In this document: one piece after another, positions 13,061 through 27,891 of the stretch
Layout: each line of letters starts with the position of its first letter
Numbering within the stretch: the stretch's first letter is position 1
Assembly: GCF_009914755.1 (NCBI RefSeq)
Contig: NC_060929.1
Strand: one strand, 5' to 3'
DNA: 64,000 nucleotides
Source: the human T2T-CHM13v2.0 reference genome, Homo sapiens
Notes under the pieces: model-generated
What the model was told of the DNA's origin: nothing
Database searches by the model: none
What the model saw: only the letters and a program-made list of their open reading frames with translations
Made by a program: the position numbers and the translations under genes

Positions 13061-14466
13061 TTTACATTGCTTTTCAAAAATTCTGTCATACCCAAGAGAT
13101 GATTCTGTGATCCAAAGTTTCTGCATAAGGAGTCAGAGGTGGTGCATTTTGTTTAGTTAGAAGTGAACACACTTCATTTGGTTTGTTAAATTCCTAGCTC
13201 TTTTCTAATTGTCTGCAGACGTTTTGTTCCTTTTGTCATTGAGGAACACTGTTGGAACTTGGTCCGCTGCTTTTGTGTTTTGCAAGGTTTTTCAAAAATG
13301 CTTTTACTTTAAAAAGAAAATGAACTAGTTGAGGTCTCTGTAAAAAATTCCAGCAGAGAATTTGCTTTTTCCTTAAAGTTTATATCTGTCTACTGGGGCC
13401 TCTAGTAACCTTTCAAGATAATAGTCAGAATAGAATGGCTATGTTAACATTTTTTTGACCTTTGTCACTACCCAGAAATGTGATCTGTGCAAAATAGACC
13501 TTAAAGATGCTATAAGTGGAGGTTCAGTTCAAATGATTTAAAGGCATGGTGTTAATAGATATAATCCATATTTATATTTCACTTTTCTAGAGCAAAGCTC
13601 ACATAAAGACCACCGAAATCAATATTATGAAAGAGTCAGGCCTCTTTGGCCTAGGAATTTAAACACTTGAAAGGCAAGATCAGGTTTTTGGTTTTTTAGT
13701 TAGGATATTGGCAGGACTTGAAAATTTCTGAAATATTTAAATTCAAGAGTCGCCTTAAATATATGTTAATTTCAGGGAAAATAAGAAGCAATTCCACTTT
13801 CTCTGGTCAATAATAAAATTTACAGAACTTCTCCCAAGCAATGGCACAAATTAAAAATATAAATAGGCTTAATAAGTTCATGAATTAAAGATTCTCAACA
13901 AGTTATTATGAAAAGATATAAATATCTGGGCTACATTTCTAACCCTGTGAGGTTAATGGTCATTGGTGGAAGGTAGTTCATTGAAGCCTTAATGAGAGAC
14001 AGTTATGAACTAGGTGAGCCATTGAGCTGATGGATGGCATTCTTATATAATTAACCTAGCAGTGGTAATCGCCTCCTTCAAGTTCCTAGCCTTTCTCGAA
14101 CCAAGGAAAAAGAGCCAAAATTGTTGCCATTTTGCCACCTTGACATTTCTTTTCAATTGCCAAACCTAACTACCTTTCTTCAGTAATACAACTAAACCAG
14201 AGAGGGCTGGTTTTTCTGCATTCAGAACTGTGGATTTAGGGTCATTTTGGTATATATTTAATTGAACTCTTGGGAGCAGATGAACTCCCCCAAGGAACTG
14301 GGTATATGAGGGCGGAGGGCAGTTTCAATTCAAGAATGTGAAGAATAGAAATTTCTAACTGAAAATAAATAATTAGAAAGTGAGAAACCAGAGTAAGATG
14401 TCCATGAAACTCAGAATATCGAGGAGAAAGAACACATGGTAACAGAGGCAATAAAGGGCCCCAGAA

Positions 14467-14769
14467 GCTGGGCACAGTAGCTCACTCACGCCTGTAATCC
14501 CAGCACTTTGGGAGTCCGAGGCAGGAGGATCACTTGAGGTCAGGAGTTCGAGACCAGCCTGGCCAACATGGTGAAACTTCATCTCTACTAAAAAAAAAAA
14601 AGTAAAAAATTAGCCAGGCATGGTGGCACATGCCTGCAATCCCAGCTACTCGGGAGGCTGAGGTAGAGAATCGCTTGAACCCGGGAGGCGGAGGTTGCAG
14701 TGAGCTGAGATCGCTATTGCACTCCAGTCTGGGCGACAGAACGAGACTCTATCTCAAAAAAAAAAAAAA
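14467..14769 (+). mobile_element. AluSx/Sz-like
   Basis: Full-length Alu with TSD AAAGGGCCCC. Confidence 0.93.
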
Positions 14770-16092
14770 GGGCCCCAAAAAGATACAAGCTTTACCCCTC
14801 TGACTCTGAACTATCATGCACAATGTAGTCAGACAAATCTTAAACGTCACTCTTGTCCTAGGGTTCTTCCCACTTAGAAATCTCCCTGTTGCTCATGACA
14901 TCAAGCCAGTACTCTGGCTTTTAAGGTTCTCCATAATCTAGCTCCATCTACTGTCCAGTTTTTGGTTTCCACAGCTCCCTTCTGTCATGCTGACTCCCAT
15001 TTTTAACTTGGATCATACTGTTCTCTTCCTCCTTCTGCCCACACTCATACAAACTCATACCTGGATCATATTTGCTGTTAAAACTTAATAATGGCAATGC
15101 TCGCACTCATTTATTGTTTATTATACACCAGTCACTATGATGATAAACCTTCTATGTGCATTATATCTTAATAAGTCTCAAAATAATCTTATGACGAAGG
15201 TGTCATTAACCTCATTTCTATAGTAGAGTAACTCAACTAAGAGTACATAGGTAGGAAGTGGCATTCACAAGATTTGACCTTAGGTCCTTCTAACTCTAAA
15301 TCCATTAAATGATGAAGTGTAATTCCTGATCTTGCTCCTAAAGCATTTTATGCTCTGTGTCCTTATTTTCTTAGCAAGGTTTGAGATTCTTGAGGAAAGG
15401 GGCAGTGTCTATACATATCTTGTATCTGTCATACAACTAGGACAGTGCTAGATTATCACCTATTTTCTCATTGATTGATTGGATATTGATTAGAGTGAGA
15501 TGGTCAGACTTTATGGTGACAGAAGGAGAGAAATTTTATTCTGATCCTAGTCATATTTCTGAAGTAGGTGTTGTTAATTAGAGCAGCATCTTATTAAGAA
15601 ACAGTGGGTTGGAACCAGCCAGTGTTTAGTTTTCAAGAATTGTACATTAGAAAAAGATTTATACAGAGTCTGTAAGAATGTTATTTTTGGCTAGATTAGT
15701 GGCACTCTTTTTTTTGTTTCATTTATTATACAAATACTTATCATTACAAATCTGTTTATTATATGCTAAACAGTGGGACACACTATTGCCTAGGGAAAGA
15801 TATTCCTGCCATCACAGACTGGTGGAGAACACAAAGTTAATAGGTAATCATTGTTCAATGTAATGAGGCCCATGACTGATATGCAGAATACTGGGAACAT
15901 ATTGGAAGATAACTGATGAAATCTTGGGGAAGACAGGGGAAGACTGACACCCAGGGGGTGCTTGGGTTTCTTTTAGTGTCATTCACTTCTGCATATAACA
16001 TACACAGGGAAGTAAGATAGGACCAAGAGTTGCATATTAGTGCAAAAAGAGAACAGAAGTGTTCAGCTTCATGTTTTCCACTTTTCCATTCA

Positions 16093-16416
<324 letters not shown>

Positions 16417-16624
16417 CTAAATAACAGTTCACTTTAGTTTTTTTTTTTTTTTTTTTTTAACCAAATTAAGGGGGTTGAGGACAAAGTGAATATTCCATCT
16501 TTTCTAAGAAGATAATTAGTAAAACAAATGAATTTAACCTACTCCTCTTAGTTGGCACCAAGAACTACCTGCTATTTCCACTGTCTGATAGGTGCCAAGA
16601 TTATTTTATGTGCAAGTCAAGGTG

Positions 16625-16918
16625 TTTTTTTCTGAGACGGAGTCTTGCTTTGTCACCCAGGCTGGAGTGCGGTGGCACGATCTCGGCTCACTGCAAGCTC
16701 CGCCTCCCGAGTCCACACCATTCTCCTGCGTCAGCCTCCTGAGTAGCTGAGATTACAGGCATGCGCCACCATGCCCAGCTAATTTTTTTTGTATTTTTAG
16801 CAGAGACGGGGTTTCCCCATGTTGGCCAAGCTGGTCTTGAACTCCTGACCTCAAATGATCTGCCCACCTTGGCCTCCCAAAATGCTGGGATTACAGGTGT
16901 GAGCTACTATGCCCAGCC
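16625..16918 (-). mobile_element. Alu with mosaic S/Y diagnostic positions
   Basis: Antisense Alu; TSD AAGATTATTTTATGT at 16597-16611 and 16919-16933. Confidence 0.92.
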
Positions 16919-17131
16919 AAGATTATTTTATGTATATTGAATGAAATAGCATTTAATATAGTGTTTACTTTGGATTTACTAGAACAAATGTCAGTGAATA
17001 CATATTTTTCCCTAGCAGCTAAGAAACAGCATTGTCAAACAGTGAAAACAGGAAGTTGGGGAAACCATTTAACTGTATAACCTCAAGAAATCTAACCACT
17101 ATTTGATTTTGCCATCTAAAGTATTGTGTTA

Positions 17132-17529
<398 letters not shown>

Positions 17530-17599
17530 CTATTTTGATTGTACATTCTTAGCGATGCAAGAGGGAGAATACAATTAGCCTTCCCCCAGCCAAAAAGAG

Positions 17600-18430
17600 G
17601 ATAATCCAAGTAATTAAAGATTTAAAATAAAATTTTATGAATGAGATGTAGGAGGTAGAGAAAGTAGCCATAGAGAAAGTGGATATTTTGTCAGTTATTT
17701 TTCTTGATCACTATTTGAGAATAATATCATTTAATATCAACTACAGTGTGGGAAAAGGCAATGATGATTTCAGCAAATGAGCATTTACTATTAAAAAAGA
17801 AGCAAAAATAAGTTATGAAATATAGCAGAGTTCTCCACATACATTGATGTTATACAATTATGATTTATGATGATAATAATTCCCCTAATTCCATAATCTG
17901 TGAAAATGAAATAAACTTATTTCCGTGAACCCTTCAAAAAAGATAACTCCCACAAATTCCTAATCAAACTGATTTTAAAAGAAAAGAGAAAAAGTAGATT
18001 TGAATGGAGAAATCGAGTGCTACAGAATATAAAATTTTCATTCATTTGTATAGTGGATTGTCATCTTGAAGTAAAGATGAAATGAAACAAAGTTGTTTGT
18101 GCTTTGAACATTGAAGCATTGTTCATCATGCATAATTAACAAAGTTGAAATTTTGTAAGTATGAATCATGCACAAAAGAGCCACAGCTATGATAGCTATT
18201 ACAGGAAATGGAGGAAATTAATAATAAAAGGCAATACACTACCTCATAAATACATTCTCATCATAAGATTGGAGCATGAAAGCATTAAGAAAATGCCCTG
18301 ATTAATTTAACAACTTAATCCTGTAAATTGGAGTATAGTTATTTCAGAATTCATTTGTACATAGACAAAGCAGAGACACAAAATAGCTTACTTTCATTAA
18401 GATTTTAAAAGCAATTCTTATGGATATGTG
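17600..18430 (+). mobile_element. Possible ancient hAT (Tip100/Arthur/Zaphod-like) transposase remnant
   Basis: A-rich stretch with degenerate motifs EFSTYID (cf. hAT FSxxxDE) near 17828 and LFIMHN*..KVEIL (cf. HCxxHRLEL) at 18119-18155. Confidence 0.3.
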
Positions 18431-21400
18431 AAGATAATATTCTTTCAAAAGAAAGATTATAAGCGGATGTTCCTTAATGTTTCCGAAATTACCTAGTTTC
18501 TATATCTTTCTACAAGTACTATATTATATTCATTAAGAATCAGAATTGGCACATTCTGGGTTACATTCCAGTGATCTTACCTTCTATATAATTTATTTTA
18601 AGTAACTGCTAAAATTATGATTTTTAAAAGACTATGTGATACTAGGAACATAAATTAGAAGAAAAAGGTACTTTCTTAGTTCTCAGTAATTGAGTAAAGT
18701 TTAATCCTGATTAGAAGATCCTTGAGTACCATTTTGATGTGTGAAATAATTTATTTAGATGTTTTTAAAATAAATTTTGGAGTATTTTTGTAAAGTGCAA
18801 ATACATGAGTAGTTTTCTAGAACGGCTTTTATGTCATGTGAACATGTGTGGATCACTATATTTTTTTTCCTATTAGCTATTTGGTAAAAGTCCACAATTT
18901 GCCAAGATGGTTAATAGGACACAAATATAGACATTTCATATGATGTACCATGTAAATGTAAACCTTTGTAGTTACATGTTTTTGTAGCAAGAGAATTGTT
19001 TTAAAAGGCATGTAATTTATTAGCTATCGGTAGCTTCTTTATTGCCTTGCCGCACTGCAGTAATAAATAAAAGAAAGTGAACTGATTTTACAAATGGCAC
19101 ACAAGGTGCACATTTTGTGGGAAAAAAAGTCTTTTTTTAAAGAATTGGCATTAAATCCTTTTTTTGTGATGACAAAGAGGCTAAGAGTGCAAACTGTATT
19201 TTCTGTTTATCGAAAACAGTCTTTTTTTCTCCGGGGCATTTTTCCCTATGATCATCAAGGGATTTCAAAAGCAATAAAGTGTGGAATCATTGTTCGACTT
19301 GAACAGTATTAAAACTTAGGTTTTAATTTCAGTGAAGTAATAAGATTTGAACCTGTCTCACATTACAGCACTGTAAGGCATTTAGCAATTGTATTTTAAA
19401 GGAGGTTTTTAAAATGCAGCTCACTTGTAAGCTAACTGTCTGTCAGTAATTAATAGTTTTTCTTCAGCATTGGCTGTTGTGATCAGACCAAGAAATATCT
19501 GGGTTTTTAGTAACACATTATGATAATTGTGAATGTTTATTCCTAATTAGTCTAAATGTCTAATAATTTTCAGCTTGCTTCTCTGGCTGTTTAAAAGAAA
19601 ACAGAGGGTGATGTTTAAAGCTACAGTGTGTCTTATAAAAAATATGAATGTACATCTGCATGTATATTTCAGTAAGTTTTACACCCGGCAAGATTATGTC
19701 AGTTGACTCATTCATTAACTAAGTATTTTATTCTTCAGTACCATTTCCTAGTTTTTGATATTACATCATTTATATAGGGATTGCCAAATAAGGTACTGTA
19801 TGTAAAGCTAAACCCACACTGATGATCTGGACTCTTCAGTGATGAACATTGAAACTTGTCTTTACTTCTTAAAAAGGGCTTTAAAATATGAGCATTTCTA
19901 CTAAAACAATGTGGCAACATATTTGCTGATGAAAGATTGTATTTACCATATTGAATTGCCTTAGAAAATAATTGCCTCTACAAAAGGAAACATCTGTATG
20001 ATAGCGCATGGTTAAAGCTGCCATCAATTTTTAACATTTGAGGGTTGAGCTATGACCTTTTATGATGACTGTGAACAGTAACTGCATCCATTAGCCATAA
20101 GTTTTGTTTCTTTATTTTAGTAGATGGTCTAGACTGTAAATATTAGAGAATCTAAAATAAATCAACATATTATCCTAAGGATACAAAATGTAAGAGCTAT
20201 TTGTGGTTGGGAACCTTTGACAGATAGTTTGGATGAAGCAGATGATTGCCTGCCTAGCGTATCTGGTCTCCATTGCTATGCCTGCAGGCAGTTTAGTGCT
20301 ATGGTTGTATATTGATGTCAGGGTTAGTACTGAGTGGCTAGCAGTGACAGATGTCTATAATTACAGGCAATGCTTCCAGTATTTCTGAAAAGCCAGCCTA
20401 TGTTGAACAATTATCTTATTTCTGCCTTGCCAAAGAGCATGTTCCAATTGCTAGTATTAGCAATGGTGAATATAGTGCTTTATCTGCTGCCTTGGGACAA
20501 ATGTGAGAAAAGCACTTGGTTATAAAACATAAATGCAAAATATTTTTTCAACATTTTAAATTAGTTAAGTTCAGTGTTTTCCTAATTTTTATCTCCCCAT
20601 AATGTTTCTTTTGAAGGAGTCTTGAAATATAAAAGCACATTTGGCATACTTATTGGAATTTTGTTTTCCCCTAGGCCTTGCGTGGCTCCCCAGCGCCAGT
20701 ATCCCTTGCTTTACTGAATAGATGTGTTTAAGCAAGTTGGCTTTGAAACAAGTTTCTCCTATGTGAATTGCATTTTCTGGTTGACACCCATTACAAAATT
20801 GGAAATGCATTTCCATGGAAAATCTCCTATGCCCAGTAAGTTTAGTTGGAAACTTTTAACAAGAAAAATTATAACATAATAGAAAATTTTGAAATGTGCT
20901 AAACACCTTAGTACTGGTGGCTTTCCATTTGCTGAGAATTGCAATTCTCAAGTTTTGTTGTAACCTTTTTTTTTTTTCTTAAGCCTTTGACCATTTATTG
21001 TCCATTTCTGTCTCTCAATTTTCATGGTCACTTCCTTCCTTGCTCCCTCTTGGCCCACTTTTCTGACTCATTAGAAATGTTTTCATGCTTGTTGGTGCCA
21101 GTTCTCACCTGCCCTTTTTATCTGGTCATTTGCATTCATGAGCTATGGGCTGTCATACCACACTTTCCAGCAGGTGCGGCTGCCTAACACATGATACTCT
21201 CTAACCTTCCTAAAGATTAAGGTGTTGGGGGTTAAAACATTATCCATGTTGTAAGTTATGAATCCTGTATTTTCAGGTAATGTAGAATGAGAAATATCTA
21301 GGAAATATCACTTGAGAATGCAGTTTATCTTCAACCTTAATCTAACCTGCAATGGGTTTCTGCTTTGCATTTAACCACTTTGCTGAATTATTCATTACAT

Positions 21401-21980
21401 TTTCTCATTTAGTCTTCTCAACAATGTTCTGTTTAATATACATGAATATCATTTTGCAGAAATATGAAACAATTTCAGAATTAAAAGCTTGTTTAGTGGC
21501 AGGCCCTTGGTTTCAACCAGATCATCTTACTCTGAACCCAGTTTGCTTTTCGCTGTATCACATTGGCTATGTATGTATTTAGGCATGAGTCCAGGAATGA
21601 TCAGTTTCAGAGTGTGTTGACTGATAATGCCAATATCATAAGTTTCATCTCCATACTAGCTGTTTTACTTCCCAAGGAAAAGACTCATTTCTTTAACTGA
21701 AGATTGGATGTCTAGTCCTGGCTCGCCATCAGTCACAAAAGAACTAAGCTAGATCCTTGATATTTTATGTCCTACAATAGGAGAAGCAACCTAGAACCAA
21801 TAGTCTAGTGTCAGAGATCAGTAATATTATATTTATTTCTGAAAGGTAGCCCCTTTCTGTTCCCACTGTGAGAGAATGCCCCTTGGGAGCCCATCACCTA
21901 AAAACTCTTAATAATTTTAAACTAATGATAGTGTTCTGGACCCCCGTGTCTGTGTACATTAATTTAGTAAAGAAAATTTG

Positions 21981-22292
<312 letters not shown>

Positions 22293-22754
22293 GAAAATTT
22301 GGACAATTGGATGGACCTATTGATCTGAATGGGGAAAACTTTGATAACTTATTGGACACAGTGATCATCTACTTACTCAGTGAGTTGAAAACTTACCTTG
22401 GAGATAGGAAGCAGGAACTTGTATTGACTCAAAAAATGAGGATGAAAGCTTTGAATCTGGCAATATAGGTGATGCAGATAAGTTCTTGAGATAAAATAAC
22501 ACCAAATACCACAGATCATTCTGTTTTTCTCCTGACTTTTTTTCTATCACTTTTCTTACTACTTTATTTCTTTGCAAGACTCAAAGACTAGACCCATTAT
22601 TTAATATTAGAAGTTATGTTACCTTTCATTAAGACCCTCTCCCCTCTAACTACTACTAAAGCTACTCACATACCCACTTAGAACATATATCTGTTTTCTA
22701 GTATCTAGTCCAGATAAAGCACAAAGAAAAGAGACATTCCAATAAAAATAATAG

Positions 22755-22980
22755 GTAATACTTATGAAAATTTTACTGTATACCAGGACTGTTATAGGTC
22801 CTTCACATAAATTAACCATTTTAATCTCAAAAATTCCACAGATTAGGTACTACTCTCATCCTTTTTATATTTGAGGAAACTAAGGTTTAAAGGGTAAGCA
22901 ACTTGCTCAAAATTACTTAGTAAGTGGCAGAATCTCACTAGTCTTGGGCTTCAGAATCTATTCCTAACCACTTCACTAGA
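22755..22980 (-). mobile_element. MIR
   Basis: TTTTATATTTGAGGAAACTAAGG...AACTTGCTCAAA...TAAGTGGCAGA. Confidence 0.65.
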
Positions 22981-23138
22981 TTACCTCCTATTTTGTGATA
23001 TTATACTTTGTAACCCTAGTTAAAAGATGTACTTTTGCCAATCAGAAGGTTACTTTGCCTGCTTAAGTCATTAGCCTCAGTTGCCACACTTCTATAATGA
23101 AAGTGCTTCATGGGAAACAGTACTAAGAGATTCTTTTT

Positions 23139-23432
<294 letters not shown>

Positions 23433-24479
23433 GAGATTCTTAAAAATCATTCTGTCAAATATTATTTATGATTTATTCTTTTTTAGGGCTAGCTTTTAGT
23501 AACTGGTTTCTGGAATTATCTCACTGAAGCAATCCCATTGTCATTCATATAACCACATCCAGAATTTGAACAGGACTTCACCATGTCTCTGCTCATGGGC
23601 TCCAGAATAAAATCAAAGTCCCAAGAATATCATAAGTAACAACCACAAAGATTGTCAGCCACTTTCTCCTTTTATTTGAGATTGGGGAGGCCTTTTGCTC
23701 TTATTTCTGGTGCCAGGTGGCAGGTCCCTAAACTTTGTGCTTTTTAGGTTGTACGCCTGAGGAGTGATGTACCCAGAGTTCCAGAGAAGGCTTGGAAAAT
23801 AGTTAAGGTGAGTTGGGTTGCTGGTTATGATGGTGGACCAGCAATCTTTATGCTTGTCTCACTACAGCCTCAGATTCTAATTAGTAAAACAGGCATATGC
23901 ATACAATGATTAAGTGTAGGCATGCATTGTCTTCATTCCCTTTTTATGCATTATATAATTCTACAATGTTCATATTTTATAGCCAAAGGTTTAGTAGTCC
24001 ACTAATAAGCAGTATTAGCTGCAAAGCCTATATTTAATGTGGTTGCATAGTACAAAAGCATCCTAGATTTCTTGATGCTAACATTGCTGAGTAACCAATT
24101 ATAATCAGTTATTAATACTTAAGAAAGTTTTATTTGGCTACATTGAATAGCATCTGTTATTGAACAGTGTCTAGAGCACATGTATCCCTTGTGTCAGAAT
24201 GTGTTTCTGGCTGACACCTTTAGGAGGTACGGGGGATTAAACAAAATATTTTACTTCCCAGTTCCCCACCTCTGCTATCACCCTCTCACAAACTTCATCC
24301 AGCATCAGCTTCTTTGCCCTAAAATTTAATCGTCATCTTATAAACTTGCTATTGCAAAGAATTATAAATATTCCTTTAACTGTCTGAAATGCTCTTTCAA
24401 ACCATGGTCCCAAAATCCTCTACTAAAATTAAGCCTTCTTCCCAAGCATCTGGTGCCATAGCCATAGTTAGCTTCTTTT

Positions 24480-24970
24480 TGAATGGGCTTGGGGAGATAA
24501 TATATTTACCCAGGGCTTTACCATGGCTTTATCCATAGAAGACTAGTTTAACAGAAGCTTGGCCCCAGACATGGAGTGAATTGGCAGCCAACAGGAGCAA
24601 AGCTGTGTCAGGACAAATGTACACTCTCCATTTTCTCTGGTTGGCTTTCAGCTGGTTGCACCACAGGAGTCTTTCTGTGGACTGCATATCCTGTGACCAG
24701 TAACTGGTGCACTCAACCCAGGTCCCTCTTGGCTAGGGAAGGCCTGTCGGGAGGCATTAGGTTCATGCTGGTGGAGATCCTTAGTCAGTGGCTCCCTGAA
24801 GGAAAGTAAGGCAAACAGCCAGCTTCTGTTGAACAGGTGGTAGTTAGACCCTAGATCTGCTTGGGGGTGGGAGGAAAAGAATCTCTCCAAAATTACCAGC
24901 CTTGCTGGTTTTCACATTATACCTGTACTCTTTCTAATAAATTATTGTTTAGAAACTGACTCAGAAATAT
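24480..24970. mobile_element. Possible old LTR (ERVL-type)
   Basis: GC-richer block ending in AATAAA...AACTGACTCAG; family not determined. Confidence 0.3.
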
Positions 24971-27496
24971 CTCTGACAGCATCTGGAGCTTTCTGACTTT
25001 TCCACCTTCCTTAGCAGTCTGGATTTGGGCCCAAGTTAGAAATGGAAACCCCACTGGGGTGCAAGCAAAAGAGGAAGCATGTTCTTAGCCATGCATCAGT
25101 GGAGGCCCCTACTGGGAGAGGGGATTATCACAAGGCAGCAGGCAGCCCTGCACCCCAGCCTGCTGAGTTCATGCTTTGTGCCACAGGATGTGGAGCGAAG
25201 GAAATGTGAGGCCAAAGTGGTCACTCCAAGTTTTCTTATACAATAGCTTATTCAAGCAGACTGGGAATGCCTCTTAAGAGATTTGTTAGGTACATGTGCC
25301 CTTAGCAAGATGGCCACCACAGATGGTGGGTTCAGATATTCTAATTGAAATAAATGTTTAACATTCAGATGTATTTTATACTTCCATAACCAGTTTTTCT
25401 TTATCAGATGCTGTTCCTTATTCAACTGAATGAGGCAAGCAGGATTATTCACCTTTTACCACTTGATTTCCAACATAAATTATGGTTTTAAAATCAAATT
25501 CTGGCAAAAGATTTTTCTGTCTAATTTCAGGCTTATATTTAGTGATGTTATTTGAAACGATATGGAAAAATTAGTCACCCAGGATTAATGTGGATCTATT
25601 CAGTGTCACTAAGTTTGTGTATTTAATATACAGCAATGATGTTTGTACCATTAATTCTCTTGTTATGGTGATAAGTTAATTGTGATTATCATATTTTATC
25701 CTGCTTCAAATGTTAATGAAAGAGCTAAGTACCTTTAGTTCCAAATGGTTTAGATCCAAGTCATTAAATGCTCTATTCTTTCTTACACCTCTCCTCCTCC
25801 CTCCTCTACTAATGCCTTTCACATTGATGAGGTCTTTCTTATAGAAAGCACTGAATTGACCTCAAAGGCACTTGAAGCCTAAAACAAAAATATGAAAATT
25901 GATTTCTTATTCATAGTAAGTGATTTCATACTGTGTTCCTAAATTCTCTTCCTAAGGAACACTAATGCTTTCATTATATTGGATCCTTTCCAGTGACAGG
26001 TTTTGTTTTACCAATTTAGAACCAGTTAAAAACCTTCATTAATAAGTCATTCCAATAGATTGAAACAATACTTGAAAATTCACAGTAATATTTGGGGGAT
26101 CTTTTGTGGTATCACTTTTGTATTACCTGATATGTTTTTGAGAATAAATTGGTTCAGAGAAGGTTTGTCATCCAATGGCAAAATACTTTGTTGTTGACTT
26201 CTACTGCACTGTTAATTTTCTGCATTGAGCCTGCTTAAACAATGCACTAAAGCTCTTTGAGAAGTTATAGCATCTTAAACACTTATAGAAGGCCTAAGGG
26301 TATTAACTTACTATAATTTTCTGAAGATTCATTATCCAAAATCTTAATTCATTATAAAAACTCTTTTGAAAACCTATAGAACCAGTGTTTTCTCTTATTT
26401 TCTTATTTGCACAGAATGAGAGATTCGTTGTTCTTTTTAATTTGTTTCATGTGGTGCTTTTGAGTACATTTCATAAAGGACTGTTATTGAATTTCTGTGA
26501 CTGTCATTATATATCCATACAATCTTTAGGAACTAATATTCTGGGTTTCCCAGTTCTGTAATCTACTCCAAATTTAAAGATTGACATAATTAGTTTCCTC
26601 AGAGTTATAACCAGAATGTTAGAGACAGTGCTCCAGATACCTAAGACTAAGGATTAGGATTGGTAAAAGAAATTTTAAAAATTATTTCGGCACATGCTTT
26701 TTTTATTCTTTATTAAATGTACAACTCAAAATTATGTTGCTATTTGTAGTTTATGTCCGCATCTGTTTTTCTTACCTAGTTCCCTTTTTAAAACCATATG
26801 TAACATCTTTTAAGCTACTTGCAAATTCTACAGGCAATATTTGTCATTTGATGAGTTGAGAATTTGGAGAATGTATTGGCTCATTGAAGCATTATGTACT
26901 ATCCAAATGCTCTTTTCTTAAATTTATAAGAACCTTTGCAGTAAAATAAATACGGCTAAGAAAACAAATATATTAAAACAGTTTTTTAAGAGCATGCCTT
27001 CTCAAATCTGTAATAATGATAATTCCTTACATTTCTAATCACTTTCCATATTTCAGGAGCAAGAGAGATGGGTAACTGGTTAAAATGGGTAATTTTTCTA
27101 GTTTCTAAGACAATACACATTGAGAAGTAGAAAGAATTTGATTTTGTATCATGAAATTTTGAAGCAGTTCCTTTATGCCTTTAACAAATGCAATTTCTGA
27201 GTGTTACTAGAAGGTGTTAATTGAACATATTTGTAAAGATTTAAGAGTTATGGATACAGATTATAAGATTTTGTTTATTTGTTTTAACCGTCTTTATGCT
27301 GTGTGAAAATCTTCAAAGCACCTTCTGATTTTTTCTGTTATTTTTCATGTGAAGAGCCTTCTCTTCAAAAGGTGTTACCTGACCACTTCAGCACCTACTG
27401 TGCAGAAGGGTCAATGAAAGGTTGTACAGGGAAACAGCATTTGTTGAGTAACTATTAAATGTCAAGCTCTGAGTTCGGGATCATCATTTAATCTAA

Positions 27497-27891
<395 letters not shown>

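Noticed and set aside
20244-20335. Two adjacent imperfect hairpins, considered as an H/ACA snoRNA or miRNA
   Set aside because: Stems are short and G-U rich, there is no properly placed H or ACA box, and I recognise no RNA family.
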